From: Camelus dromedarius
Taxonomy: Eukaryota
NCBI RefSeq assembly: GCF_036321535.1
Contig: NC_087437.1
Coordinates: forward strand, 122,514,001-122,578,000
DNA length: 64,000 nucleotides
Direction: 5' to 3'
Each line of letters begins with the position of its first letter. Position 1 is the first letter of the stretch. Below, one piece after another: positions 13,301 to 25,300 of the stretch. A model generated the notes under the pieces. That model was not told where the DNA came from, ran no database searches, and saw only the letters and a program-made list of their open reading frames with translations. Both the position numbers and the translations under genes were made by a program.

Positions 13301-16300
13301 CTGCCTCTGCCTCCCAGACCCTCCCTTGCTGGTCGCTTGTCCTGTGTCTCTGTCGCACCTTCCTTAGTGAAGCATCCCCCAGGATGGGTGTGGTGGGCAG
13401 GACTCGCAGGGCTGGGGCCGCCCAGGGGTCCAGGTACTCGGCTGCAGCAGCCCTGGGCTCTGGCTGGCTTAGCATCTCCGTGACTGTCTTCTCTTGAGTG
13501 CAAGGTGGAGATGAAGACGTGACCCACTGCGGGAATTGTGGTTTGAATGAACCCTGCCAATCTCATAAGGGACGCAGTTAAGACCTGTTCAATGACATGA
13601 AAATGCATTCTCAATGCAATGTTGATTGGAAAAAGCAGCGTGAAGTGTGATCCCATTTCCCGAAAATTGCATGTGTGTGTGTGTATGTGTGTGTGTGTAC
13701 ATACATAACAGAAAGAACACTTTATTCAGCTGGCATTTCTATATTCTAAATTTTCTATAATAAAGTACTGTTTTATTTTTCTGTTAAGAAAAGTAAATCT
13801 AAGTTGTTTTTAAGATAAAGCTATTATGTTCATTTCAGCATTGTACAAAATAATTATCACCTGAAAACTACCTGCATTATCAGTAGTAGAGTAATAATGG
13901 TATGTTATGGGGTGTTATGATTGCTACATTAAAATGTTAATTAATAGTTTCTTAAATTTTACCTTGCTTAGTATTTTTATTTTATTTTAGGCAAACTTTG
14001 GAGTCGGAGTTTAAAACTATCTTATACTCTACTTAATAAACTGACTAGTAAGAATGAACCGCTGCTTAAACCTGGAGACAGAGTAAGTAACTAGAATGTA
14101 ACTTTTTTGGAGTGAGTGAGAACAGAGACTGAAATCTGTTTCATTGACATGGGTTGTTTAGACTTAACAGCATTAACACAAGGAGTATAAAGTCAGCAAT
14201 GAGAAAGTATTAAGTATGGAAAACATTTGTGTTGATGTCGATAACGTGATGGTTCTTTTTGCTCCCTCATTTTGCCCATTTACCAGTTCTTCAACTTCTC
14301 TCTTTGACTTTATGGATGTTGATTTTAATAAAAGTATTAGTATCAAATATTAATAAATGTTACATTTCCAAAGCTCAAGTTTTTTTGGGAAACATTGACC
14401 TTGCTTTGAAATTCTGTGTTTTGTATTCACCTTCTTCCCCGTCCACGTGGCCGGGCACCCCTTACCCCCAGCCAGGTGGAACGCAGGGGAGGCTGCAGCT
14501 GAGTTCCACATCCTGCACTGTCCACGCGGGGCTGTTTAAATTAACCCAAGTAAAATGAAATTAAACTTTTAGTTCCTTGGTTGCAGGAAGCACATTTCCA
14601 GGCTTCAGTCACTGTATGTGGCTGAAGCTACCTTATTTGACAGCTCAGAGTAGAGCCCTTCCACCACCGTGGAAAGTTCTGCAGGACAGTGCTGCTCTTG
14701 GCAAGCTGAGCCAGACTTGGGAACCCAGGGTGGAACAGGTGCAGAGCGGGAAACGGGAGAGTAGGTGAAAATCAGCACACTTAGTGGTGAAATCCCCTGG
14801 GAGGGAGTTGCCTGAAGTCAGATCATCCGGCAGTGAAGCTGTGAGGTGACGGGATGATGCAGTCTCAGGCGACTCTCCGGGTGCCTCAGTCGTCAGTGTG
14901 ACCTGAAAGGAAAAAAAAAAAAAGCAAAGGGGAAGGAGTTAGGGGAGAGGGAGGGAGGAAGAGGAAACAAACGGACTCGGAGGGAATGCCAGACACAGAA
15001 AAAAAACTTTTTAAAAAATTGGCATTACTATCCCTGGAGGTGTGAGGTGAAGACGGTGCTCTGTTGACCAGGAAAAGATGCTAGTCGGGAAGACGAGGGC
15101 GGAGAGTAGGAGTTAGACCTGATCAGGGAGGCCCAGTATCTGACTGAAGGACTTCCAGGAAGAGAAAGGAGAACAGAGTGGAAATGTTAAATGACAATAA
15201 TGATGCAAGGCCGTCCCCCGGAGCTGGGGTGCGGGGCCTGCAGTGAGTGCAAGGGACCCACTGAAGCACTAGCCCCCCAGGCTGGGTCGGCCGCGGCGCA
15301 GGAAGGGCCTCGCAGCCTTCAGGGGAAGGTGGGCTCAGCAACCTATGGCTTTGGGACCTCTCGGTGTAATACCGGAGAAGAGCAGAGTTCAGGAGCTCGG
15401 AGGGAGTATGATTTTAGCCTGAAGTTCTATTCCTGGAGAGTTAACTGCTGTGAGGATGGGGTCACCGTTTTCAGACAGGCAGGACTCAAAATCTTGGACT
15501 CGTGAGCAGTTACTTGGGAAGTTCTTAGAGGATGTGCTTCAGCCAAATGAGTGAGTGGTCCAAACAGGAGAGCCACAGGGGCACCCCACAGGAGCAGCCC
15601 AGGCAGCACTGGGAGGATGGGTGCTGTGGGTAGGGCGGGCTGGTCGGCAGCTGGTGAGACCCATGAGCTCACCTGCCCGGCTGGCTATCTGGAAATACCG
15701 TTGACAGGGCTTACACACCAGTGGAGCAGCCCAGGCCTAAGTGGCTGGCGTGCACACAGGAAGCACGCTGGTGAGAGAGGTGGCGCCCGCTGCCGCCAGA
15801 AGGAATGTAGCCACACAAACAGTGCAAGAACGATGCCTCATGACACCTCGTGCTTTAGAACAAGCCTGCGAGACCCCGACTCATGCTGTGCTTTAAAATG
15901 AGTCTGAGAATCTCTAATTTTTTTTCTCTTGAAATAAGTTCTTGCAAGGACAAAGACTTCCAAATAATTTGTTGACTTGCAGGTGAATCCAGGGAGTCAG
16001 GTTAATTACAAACAGACTGACAAGGCCCCAGTTAGTGAGTGATGGGAGATGAGTGGTGAATCCGTCCTCCTGCGGTGATGTGCTGTATAAAAGTGAACAA
16101 ACACGGCTCTTTATAACAGATGCTCTGAAAACGCACGTCCTGTACCAAACAACAAGGCACAGTTCTTAAAAGGGAACAACCACTGTTAGCATCAACTTTC
16201 AAAGGAGATCTCTGCCGTTTTCAACATACAGACTTGTTAGAAGCTTGATTTCCAGACCTCAAGTACAGAATGAACATAGCTATAGCTTAAATTTTGTCTT

Positions 16301-19300
16301 TTGAAGTCGTGGGTTATCAGTTGCCCTTCATTTTGTGTCCTCAAAGGCCTCGTGTTAACAGTAGACTCAGATATTGTTCTGAACCATCACTGATGGTTTC
16401 AGGCATACTTATTGCAATATTTGGGGCTTACAACAATGTCATTCCATAAATAACTTGTAATTCAACTAGATATTATAAGAAGTGGAAATTGGGACGATGG
16501 GAGAAGAGGAAGGGGAGAACTCAAAATTGTCAGTAGTCACCTGCAGTAAGAGGAAGTAAAATGCGTATCTGAATACTTTCAAAAATTAGTTACAGCCACA
16601 TAAGCACAGCGTCTAGAAAGGTGAGAGCAGTTAGCAGAAGGAAGATGTGAATGTTAAAAGCGGCTGCCTTGCTGGGTGGGGAGGGGTGGCCTCACAGTGA
16701 CCAGCCAGCGGCAGGGAGTGGCCCCCAGGAGGGTCTCCACTGAGGGGCTCTGTGCCTACCTCACATCCCTGTTGGTGTTTCAGTCTTGAGTGAAAGTCTG
16801 TCCAAGCAAAACTCTGATGTCAGAATTTTTTCTTCTGGGAGATAACTTGGAGGCACTTTGGCTCCTGGTTCCCTTTTCATGTCCAGGTGTTTTTCACCTG
16901 CGCTGGTCGATGGCAGGTAACGGCCCACCACTTCCTCCCTGAGTTGCTGCTGCCTGGATGGTCAGAGTGGATGGAGCCAGATCTAGACCCCACAGGCAGA
17001 CCCCCTGGACTTGCCTTTTAAAACCAAGAATTTAACGCTACGTGGTTGCACGCGGGGTAAAGACCTCAACCTAAAAACTACATATTAGAAGTTACATGGT
17101 TGAAGAAACTTAAGGACCAAGCATTAAGCCCCGAAGTATACTTTCTGAACAAAATTCCATCTCAGCAGCAGATATTCAGACGACAGAGTTATTCTAGAGG
17201 GGATTTCATGGGTTTTCTTTGTACCCTTGTAGGTGGCATTGGTGTTTCCGAACAGCAATCCGGTGGCGTTCATGGTGGCATTCTACGGGTGCCTCCTGGC
17301 AGGGCTGGTTCCTGTGCCCATAGAAGTGCCGCTGACGAGGAAGGTAGTTCAGGGGTGCAGCCGGCTCTCAAGTCCGGGGCCTCTGTCTCCTCACTCCAGG
17401 TGCTGTCTGGGGAGGGCAGGCGGGCCAGCCTCAGGGGCGCTCGGGCAGCCCCGTCTCCAGACCCTTGTTTACTGTCTTGCTGGTAAGAGGGGGTACTTAG
17501 AGCAGCCGTTGGGGGCTAGTGACCACCTCTGTGGATTCCCCGACAGAAACAAACGTTTTTCCTCCAGTGAATCGAATTTGGGATTTGATGAGATTTTGTG
17601 AAACTTTTTTTCTCAAAACTGTTTATTGGTAACAGCTTTCATTTCTTGGGGATAAGTAAATCATTACACCGATGTGTCAGCTCATTTCCTGGTGATAGCT
17701 TTCAACATGCAAGACTGAAATTCTCTTGCATTTCTGTTTGTTGTTTAACAGCAAGCAACTTTCATTGCTGACAGACGATCGCGGTGGGTGCTGATGCTCT
17801 GGGTGGCTGCCACATTTTAGCTATAAATATCAGTAATCTGACTATTGAAAAATGTATTAGACTTGGCATGTATTTTAGAAAACCAGAGTTTCCTATTATA
17901 ACCCAGTGTTCAGGCAATTGTTAACATGCGTGTTATTAGCAAGAGTACGCAAGAATCCCAGAAGTAAAGTTTGTGAGTAAAAGCAGTGTATCCCCAAGGA
18001 TAATAATACACAATGAATGGATATTTGAGTAGAGATTCTTAGGAAAAAATAGACTTTGTTAAACTTGTTAGAAGAAAATGATAAAATGTTACAGAGGGAC
18101 ATATGTGAAAGAAGACATGACTAAAATGAAATGAGCATTTCTGTGTGGAAGTAAGTCAGTGTTAAAGGTCAGGTAATCAAATGAAATTTCAGTGCTATTT
18201 TTAATTATTTGGGGGTTTGTTAAAATGCTGCTGAATGTCATTTGAAGAAAAAAACTTTTGAGAAATGAGCCCATTACCCAGAACTTTATATGTCACAGCA
18301 AAAACGATACCTTTTTATTAAAAAAAAATCCTTTTATTAATAAAATTACATTTCATTTTGAAAAAAATATAGTGTATTCTGATACAGGGCTAAGTTGCTG
18401 TAGAAGCTTTGTGAAGGGTGAAAACAGAGCTCTGCTCTGTGGCTGAGCCTCCTGCCGCCTCTGTCTCCCGTAGGATGCCGGCAGCCAGCAGGTCGGGTTT
18501 CTGCTGGGCAGCTGTGGCATCACCCTGGCCCTGACCACGGACGCTTGTCAGAAGGGCCTGCCCAAGGCCCAGACCGGAGAGGTGGCGACCTTCAAAGGTG
18601 GGCCCCACAGGCAGGGTGGCATGTGGCTGAGCCCTCTGTAAACGGGCGCTCAGACCCCCTTTCCAGCTGGTCGCTGGGTAGCGCGGAAGGGCCTTCAGCA
18701 GAAGTGAGGCCCTGTCTCAGGCCTTGGTGAACCTTGCGCCTCACGGCTCAGGGTCTAGACCTGTGCTGTTCAGTGTGGTAGCCACTGGCCGGCAGGCAGA
18801 AGTTAGTACAGGTTAAGGGGCGGAGGCGCGTCCTCGTGTCAGCAGCTCGAGCCGCGTGGAGGACGGCGGGGCCCTCTGACCGCACCTGCGCCATGTCCCC
18901 TGCTTCCTTGCAGGCTGGCCCCCCCTCACCTGGCTGCTGGTGGATGGGAAGCACTTGACCAAGCCCCCCAGGGACTGGCTCCCGCCGGCCCGGGACTCAG
19001 GGACTGGGCCCGCCTACATCGAGGTAGGACCTTTGCTGGCCGGGACTTGTTCTGCGGGTGTCACTGCTGCCATGAGGGGCCACTGGCCACAGTTTCTACC
19101 GGCTTGTCCTCACCCCAGAGACGTGCAGGTTCCTATGGAGACTCACGCAGGTCCTTCTGCTTTCATGCCTGCCAGTTCCCTCGCTGCCCCTGGGATGTGG
19201 CCTGGTGGGGGGCCTGGTGCACAGTCGCCCTCAGCACCTGCCCAGGTTGGGCCCCACCACAGCCAAGTTTGTCACCTTGGGGGCCCCAGTGTGAAGTGCA

Positions 19301-22300
19301 CTCAGCCGAACAGGTGGTTAGTGAGGGAGGTGCCACCTCGGCCTCCAGAAATGTCACCTCATGAGCTTGTTTCTGAAATCTTTCAGTATAAAACCAGCAA
19401 GGAAGGCAGCACGGTGGGGGTCGCAGTGCCCCACGCGTCCCTGCTGGCACAGTGCCGGGCCCTGACCCAAGCTTGCGGCTTCTCGGAAGGTAAGGGCACA
19501 TGGGCGGCTCTGCAGCCGTGCACAGGGCACCTGGACACTGACCGTGTGGGAGCCAGCCCCATGTGGCATCTGCTGTTCAGTCCAGGTCGTGCAGCAGCCT
19601 GGGTACTTGGGGCCCCTGCTCCCCTGGACAGGGGGGGTTAGGGTGATCTGTTGACCTAACAGGGTGAAACCCGCTTCCCTCCCGCTGCCCGGGGCCCAGT
19701 GGGCTGCTCCCAGCACATTGCGTTTTCCCGTCAAGACACACTTACTCTAACTGTTCGCCGTGACTGGCGTTGGCTTAAGCTGTCGTGCACGTGGGTGTGC
19801 CAGCAGAACCTCCTTGGAAGGAGCCTGTCTCTTAGTAATGCACAGTAGCTCCCCGTTTACCGTGGAGTACCAGGTGCGCAGCGTGGGGAACTTTACTTCT
19901 TCCCGTTGAAATACTGGAATTGGACAAAACAAGAAAGTGAATTGAATGGTATGTTTAAGATGTAAAATACCAGTGTATAAAAGCAAGGGGTAGCTGAAGG
20001 CACAGCTGAAGACTTCAGTGGACGTTTGGAAAATGATTGTAGGTACACTGAAGGGCCTACAGAATGTTTCAACAGTTCTGTCAACTAAAAGTCCCGGCCT
20101 TACGTCCATCACCTACAATTGGGGCTCTTTAGCCAACAAGGGGGCACATGTGCAGCACTCCTGTTCGCAGTGCAGCAGCATTCCTGGCACACGATCACAC
20201 TGCCTCCTTCACCTCTGGTGTTTCTCCCGTGGGTGCACCTAGCAGCCCTAGGCTCTGTCCTCAGCCCCAAGTGGGGCCTGGAGCCGGGTCCCACCGAGAG
20301 CACAGCTGGAGCACTAAGCTCAGGGCGCACTGAGGGGCAGCCCTGGGACTGCCCTCCACTCCTGCTCCCTGAAAGGCGTCCATCACATGCCCATCACATT
20401 CGGGAGAGGGAAGGGGCAAGAGGGAAGCAGCAGCTCTGAAGGGAAGTGACACAGGAGCATGTGACGTGTCCTGGGAGTGCTGGATGACGGCCTCGGTGCT
20501 GCAGGAAGTGAGGGGTGTGGGCGTCGGGCTGAGCAGGGCAACCACCAGCCGCCCCGAGCCTCACATCACATGGGCTGTGCTCGCCTCACACGGGCTCTGA
20601 GGCTTGTCTGGGTTTTCAGATCAGTGGTTGGCATACTGCTCTGCTTTCATCCACACATGACCTTCTACTTTTATGTCTTTCCAGTAATTTGAGTAGATAA
20701 CCAGGATTACTGACACCTGTTGCATGGTGTTTGGAAATGCTGTTTGTGTTTCCTAAGTCTTGGTTGATGATGTAATCACCTCAGAGTTTCTCTGAAAACG
20801 CACGTGACTTGTGAAGACGGTCCCTCAGCGGTTTAACCATCTCTGTCCACTTTCAGCTGAAACATTAACAAATGTGCTGGATTTCAAAAGGGACGCTGGC
20901 CTGTGGCATGGAGTGTTAACAGTGAGTGTCGCTCGCGTTGTGGTCTGGTTGTTGGGACATTTCATGATGGGGGCACCAAACCCCATGTTTAGGTGATGTG
21001 ACTAACCCTTGAAGTGTCTCTGACTGCACTGTCCCTGTGGGCAGAGCACTGGGGCTCCCTCCTCCCTTCCTGGTGGGGCTGGTGCCCCGCCCTTGACAGC
21101 CTGTCTCTTTGCAGAGCGTCCTGAACAGGATGCACGTGGTCAGCATCCCGTACGCGCTGATGAAGGCAAACCCGCTCTCCTGGATTCAGAAAGTGTGTGC
21201 ATATAAAGGTAACAGGATGTCGTACCATCACTTGGTTCCCCCTGCATTAGAGAAGCCTCTCTGAATTGACCTTCAGTGATGAAGAAAAGATAAAGCAGGC
21301 GTGAGCGGTGGAGCCCCATCCACCAGCCTGTCGTGGCTCGGCTCCCCCATCCACGCTGGTCCTGACTCCCGGTGCCAGCTGCAGGCTGTCCTGCAAGCAA
21401 GGCCGGAGGGGCCTTGGGGAGAACAGCTCTTTTCTACAGGGGCCACGGATTTCTTCCTAATTGTGTTTTCTCACACAAATGCTCCTAATTCTTCGTACTT
21501 CAGATGATTCTAATTTTAAGTTAGGGCTTTGCAAGACACCAGTAGCAAAGCTGTTTGTTCAGATGAAGTTTATGACATAGAGCGATGGGTCTGCCCCGAG
21601 GGCCTCACCCTGCCATGCTGTCCAGCTTTGGTCAGTCACGGTGCTTCCTGAGCACAGCCACACCTGCGGAGCACGGGGGCTGGGCCTCTTCCGTCTTCTC
21701 ACTGACTTGTCCTGGGTGCCCGTGTGGGCTTTCGACCTACGTTCTTTCTGAGTGTGGGTGCTCTGTAGTGTGTTTGGAATCGTCCCCAGTGGGACAGTCT
21801 CTGCTTATCCTGTTTAACAGAGGAAGACTGAAGCCTGCTGGGGACATTTGGTAGGTGCTGCCCACTTGTGAGAGGCCCAGTCTGCCCATTCGCACCCTGG
21901 GTCCTCCCTGCCCACCCCACATGCCCCCAGGGCTCTGGTAGCTGATGGGCCGACCATACAGCTGCGAGCGGCTATGAGAGTCGGGAACTCCGGGAGGGGC
22001 AGCACAAGACAGAAGAGAGTCTGGGAGTCAGAGTTGAAAGTGAGCTTATTGTCCCTGCGTTACACCTCAGAGCTGGTTTTCAGTTAAAACAGGATGGGGT
22101 GGGTTAAGCCGCCTGTGAGGCTCGGCTGCAGAGACTGTGTGTCCTGAAGAAGCCGCATCTCTGCTCTTGTGTGCTGCCTGCGCACCTGTGCATCTGCTCC
22201 CTGTGACCCAGGCCCATCCCCATTCTCTGCAGCTCGGGCCGCACTGGTGAAGTCCCGTGACATGCACTGGTCTCTGCTGGCTCAGCGCGGTCAGAGGGAC

Positions 22301-25300
22301 GTTAGCCTCAGCTCCCTGCGCATGCTGATTGTGGCCGACGGCGCGAACCCCTGTGAGTGAGCCCCGCGGGTCCTGCAGGCCTGGAGCCTCCAGAGGGACA
22401 GGGCCGCAGTGTCATGTGAATATAGACGCGTGACTCACGAGTGTGCCTCGGGCATGTTTGTCAGGCCCTGCATTTGAAATGGTTCTGACCCAGCTGACCA
22501 GGGTGTAGATACAGACAAGGAGCCTCCTTTGAGTTCCTGCCCTGTGGCCTTGCGCCCACCACACTGGTCAGACCACTCTGAGTGCCTGGCCGCCCCGCGT
22601 CCTCCTGGCCGGCGCCCCAGGCTCTGCACGGGGTCTGAGTGTAGCTGCTTGTGGTCCAGGGCCTGCTCAGGGCATCCTCGGGAGCCTTGGTTCACCTTTG
22701 GTGGGATTTTCCCACAGCAGAACCCTTGACTGGGTGGGTGGGAGTTGTTTCACTGATTTAACAACTGTGTGTCACTGTTCATGCATCGAAACTGCCCTGG
22801 ACCAGAGGCCGCCTTCCATCTGATCCCCTTCCAGTGTGGCCCTGATCCCCCTGGGCTCCTAGGAAGCCCGTCGCTTGGGAGGGCACCCTGCCTTCTAGCA
22901 GCCCATCCACACTTAAACAGGGCCCCTTGTCCTGCTTCCAAAATCCTGCAGAACTGCTGGCTGCTCTGCATCTGTACCCACACCCTCAGCGCAGCCCACC
23001 AGCTGCCAGGGGGCCCCTCCCCAGGCCGGCCCCCCACAGACCTCAGACCCCTGCCATGCAGCGTGCCCATCGTTACCTGTAGCGTTGAGTGGTCTGGATT
23101 ATCCTGTTTGTCCTCTGGTGTGCCCCATGCCCAGCGGAGGCTGGACACAAGGACCTGTGACAGGTCCTCTCCTCTCCTGGGGCCTCGCTGCAGCAAAGGG
23201 CTGCAGGTCGTGGTGCAGCCCTGGGGGCCAGTGGGTGCAGGGCTGTGCTGATTCAGGCCCTTAGCAGCCAGCACCTAGCCTCATGGGAGCTGAGTTTTCA
23301 TATCCCTGGCACCTTGACTGAGGCCACTTGGCAGACTGTGCAGCTCTGAGGCTTGTCTGGGGGAGGGTGGGCATGTGCACCTGGGCCTGTGCTGTGAAAG
23401 GTTCAGCTCTAGCTCCGTAAATGCCCTCGGTCACCTCCCACTTAGCAGACCTACGAGGAGATGCGGTGGGGCTGGCCCTGCGTAGATCTCAGACACAACA
23501 CAGGGGTTTCTTTACTGGTGATTTGAAAATGCATCTCGTTTCTTGTGGAAACAGCCCCACCCCCTCCCCACAAGACTTTGCTGGGATACCTGTGAGGTGG
23601 AAGGGGTGCCACCTCCAGGCTTGGTATCGGGCATCCTTCCAAGCTGTGTGCCCGTCAGCCTTCCACTTACCTCGTGTCCCCCTCTCTGTTTCACGCAGGG
23701 TCCATATCCTCCTGTGACGCATTCCTCAACGTCTTCCAGTCCAGAGGACTGAGGCCAGAGGTCATCTGTCCTTGTGCCAGTTCTCCGGAGGCACTCACAG
23801 TTGCCATCCGCAGGTAGCTGACCACTTGCTCTGTCTTGGAGACACTTAACGCTTCCTCATTCAGCTGAATCACCTGTGGTAGCAAATTTGGATCATTTGT
23901 TCCTGAGCAGTAGAAATCGTGAGCAGTGCTCGCCCCAGGCGGGTCTCCCAGGCCCGTCTGCACTGCGGTGGGGCAGCCCTGGGCAGGTGCCACACTCCAC
24001 ACCGTGTTGGCTGCACACCCCACACCAGCCTGGGTTTGTGGCGTGAGCTGGATAGCAGTTCCCTGGGCGATAATGTCTAGATTCTTGCGACACACAGGCT
24101 GTTTTCCTGTGTGCTTCTCAGGTCAGGAAGGCTTGTGTCCCACAGGGAACATTGCAGCCCAGGACTCGCCCCTGTTCTAAGGTGGGGTGGCCAGCATCCA
24201 ATGCCCATCAGCCGTGGATGGGGGTCCATACCTGCAGAACCCTTAACCTCCGCAGAGAAGTTGCCGGGCCCCACCGCTCCCAGGCTGTGTTCTCTTTGTG
24301 CTCCTCTGTTTGAAGGTGGACAGCGGGGTTGGGAGGCCTCGGAGGGCAGCCTCGTGCTCCTTGCTCACCCCCGTATTGCTCCCCAGGCCCCCGCAGTAGT
24401 GCCCTCTGCTCGCCTTCCTGCCCGGGTCACCTCTGTGCCCAGCTCATCCCATCCTGGGGTAGAGGGTAGCTGAGGTGACTTCGTGTTGACTTTCTACCCT
24501 CAATTCAGTTGTTAGAAAATTAGTCTCAGGTGTAGTCTTGTGTTACGTTCATGTATTTGTAAATAGTAGTAAGTAATCCTAAAATTTCAATAATGAATAG
24601 CACTCAAAAGAACATCTGTATCCTTCACAGACCGTAAGGCATTTTCATTCCTTCATCTGTGGTGCTTTCTTTTGCTTGACAGTGTAAGTTTTTCTCACTG
24701 GAGACTATACAACACCCCAGTTAGTGCTGATGTGTAACAAGCCACACCCAAGCTCGGTGCCTGGAAACGGCAGCAGTTACTTTATTTCCTCTCATGCCCT
24801 CCGCGGTTGGGCCTTGGAGGGGCTGCACTGGGCAGTTCTGGCTTGCAGTTGGATGGGCTCCGGGCTGATGGGGCTGGGTAGCTGCCACCGTCCTCCCTGT
24901 GTGCAGTCTCAGGCCAGACTCCAGCCTCGGGGTGCCCGTCTGTTAATCCGGTTCTGTTTCCAGGCCACCCGACCTGGGAGGCCCTCCTCCCAGAAGAGCT
25001 GTGCTGTCCATGAGCGGCCTCAGTCACGGGGTGATCAGGGTGGATGCAGAAGAGAAGCTGTCGGTCCTGACCGTTCAGGACGTCGGTCAGGTGATGCCGG
25101 GAGGTAAGGTTGCAGCTGGAGAGCTTCTTGTCCTGTGGCCGAGTGACCCACCACGACTCAGGAAGTGCACGGATCCTGCGCATGTTAAAGTGGTTCCACG
25201 TGGAAACTGGGATGTTAATTTGTAACATATTTTTTTCAGTTTTTGCCTCCCTTTATATCAAGTTTAAAGTTGTGCTAAAGTACTGTGGGATGTGTTTCTG

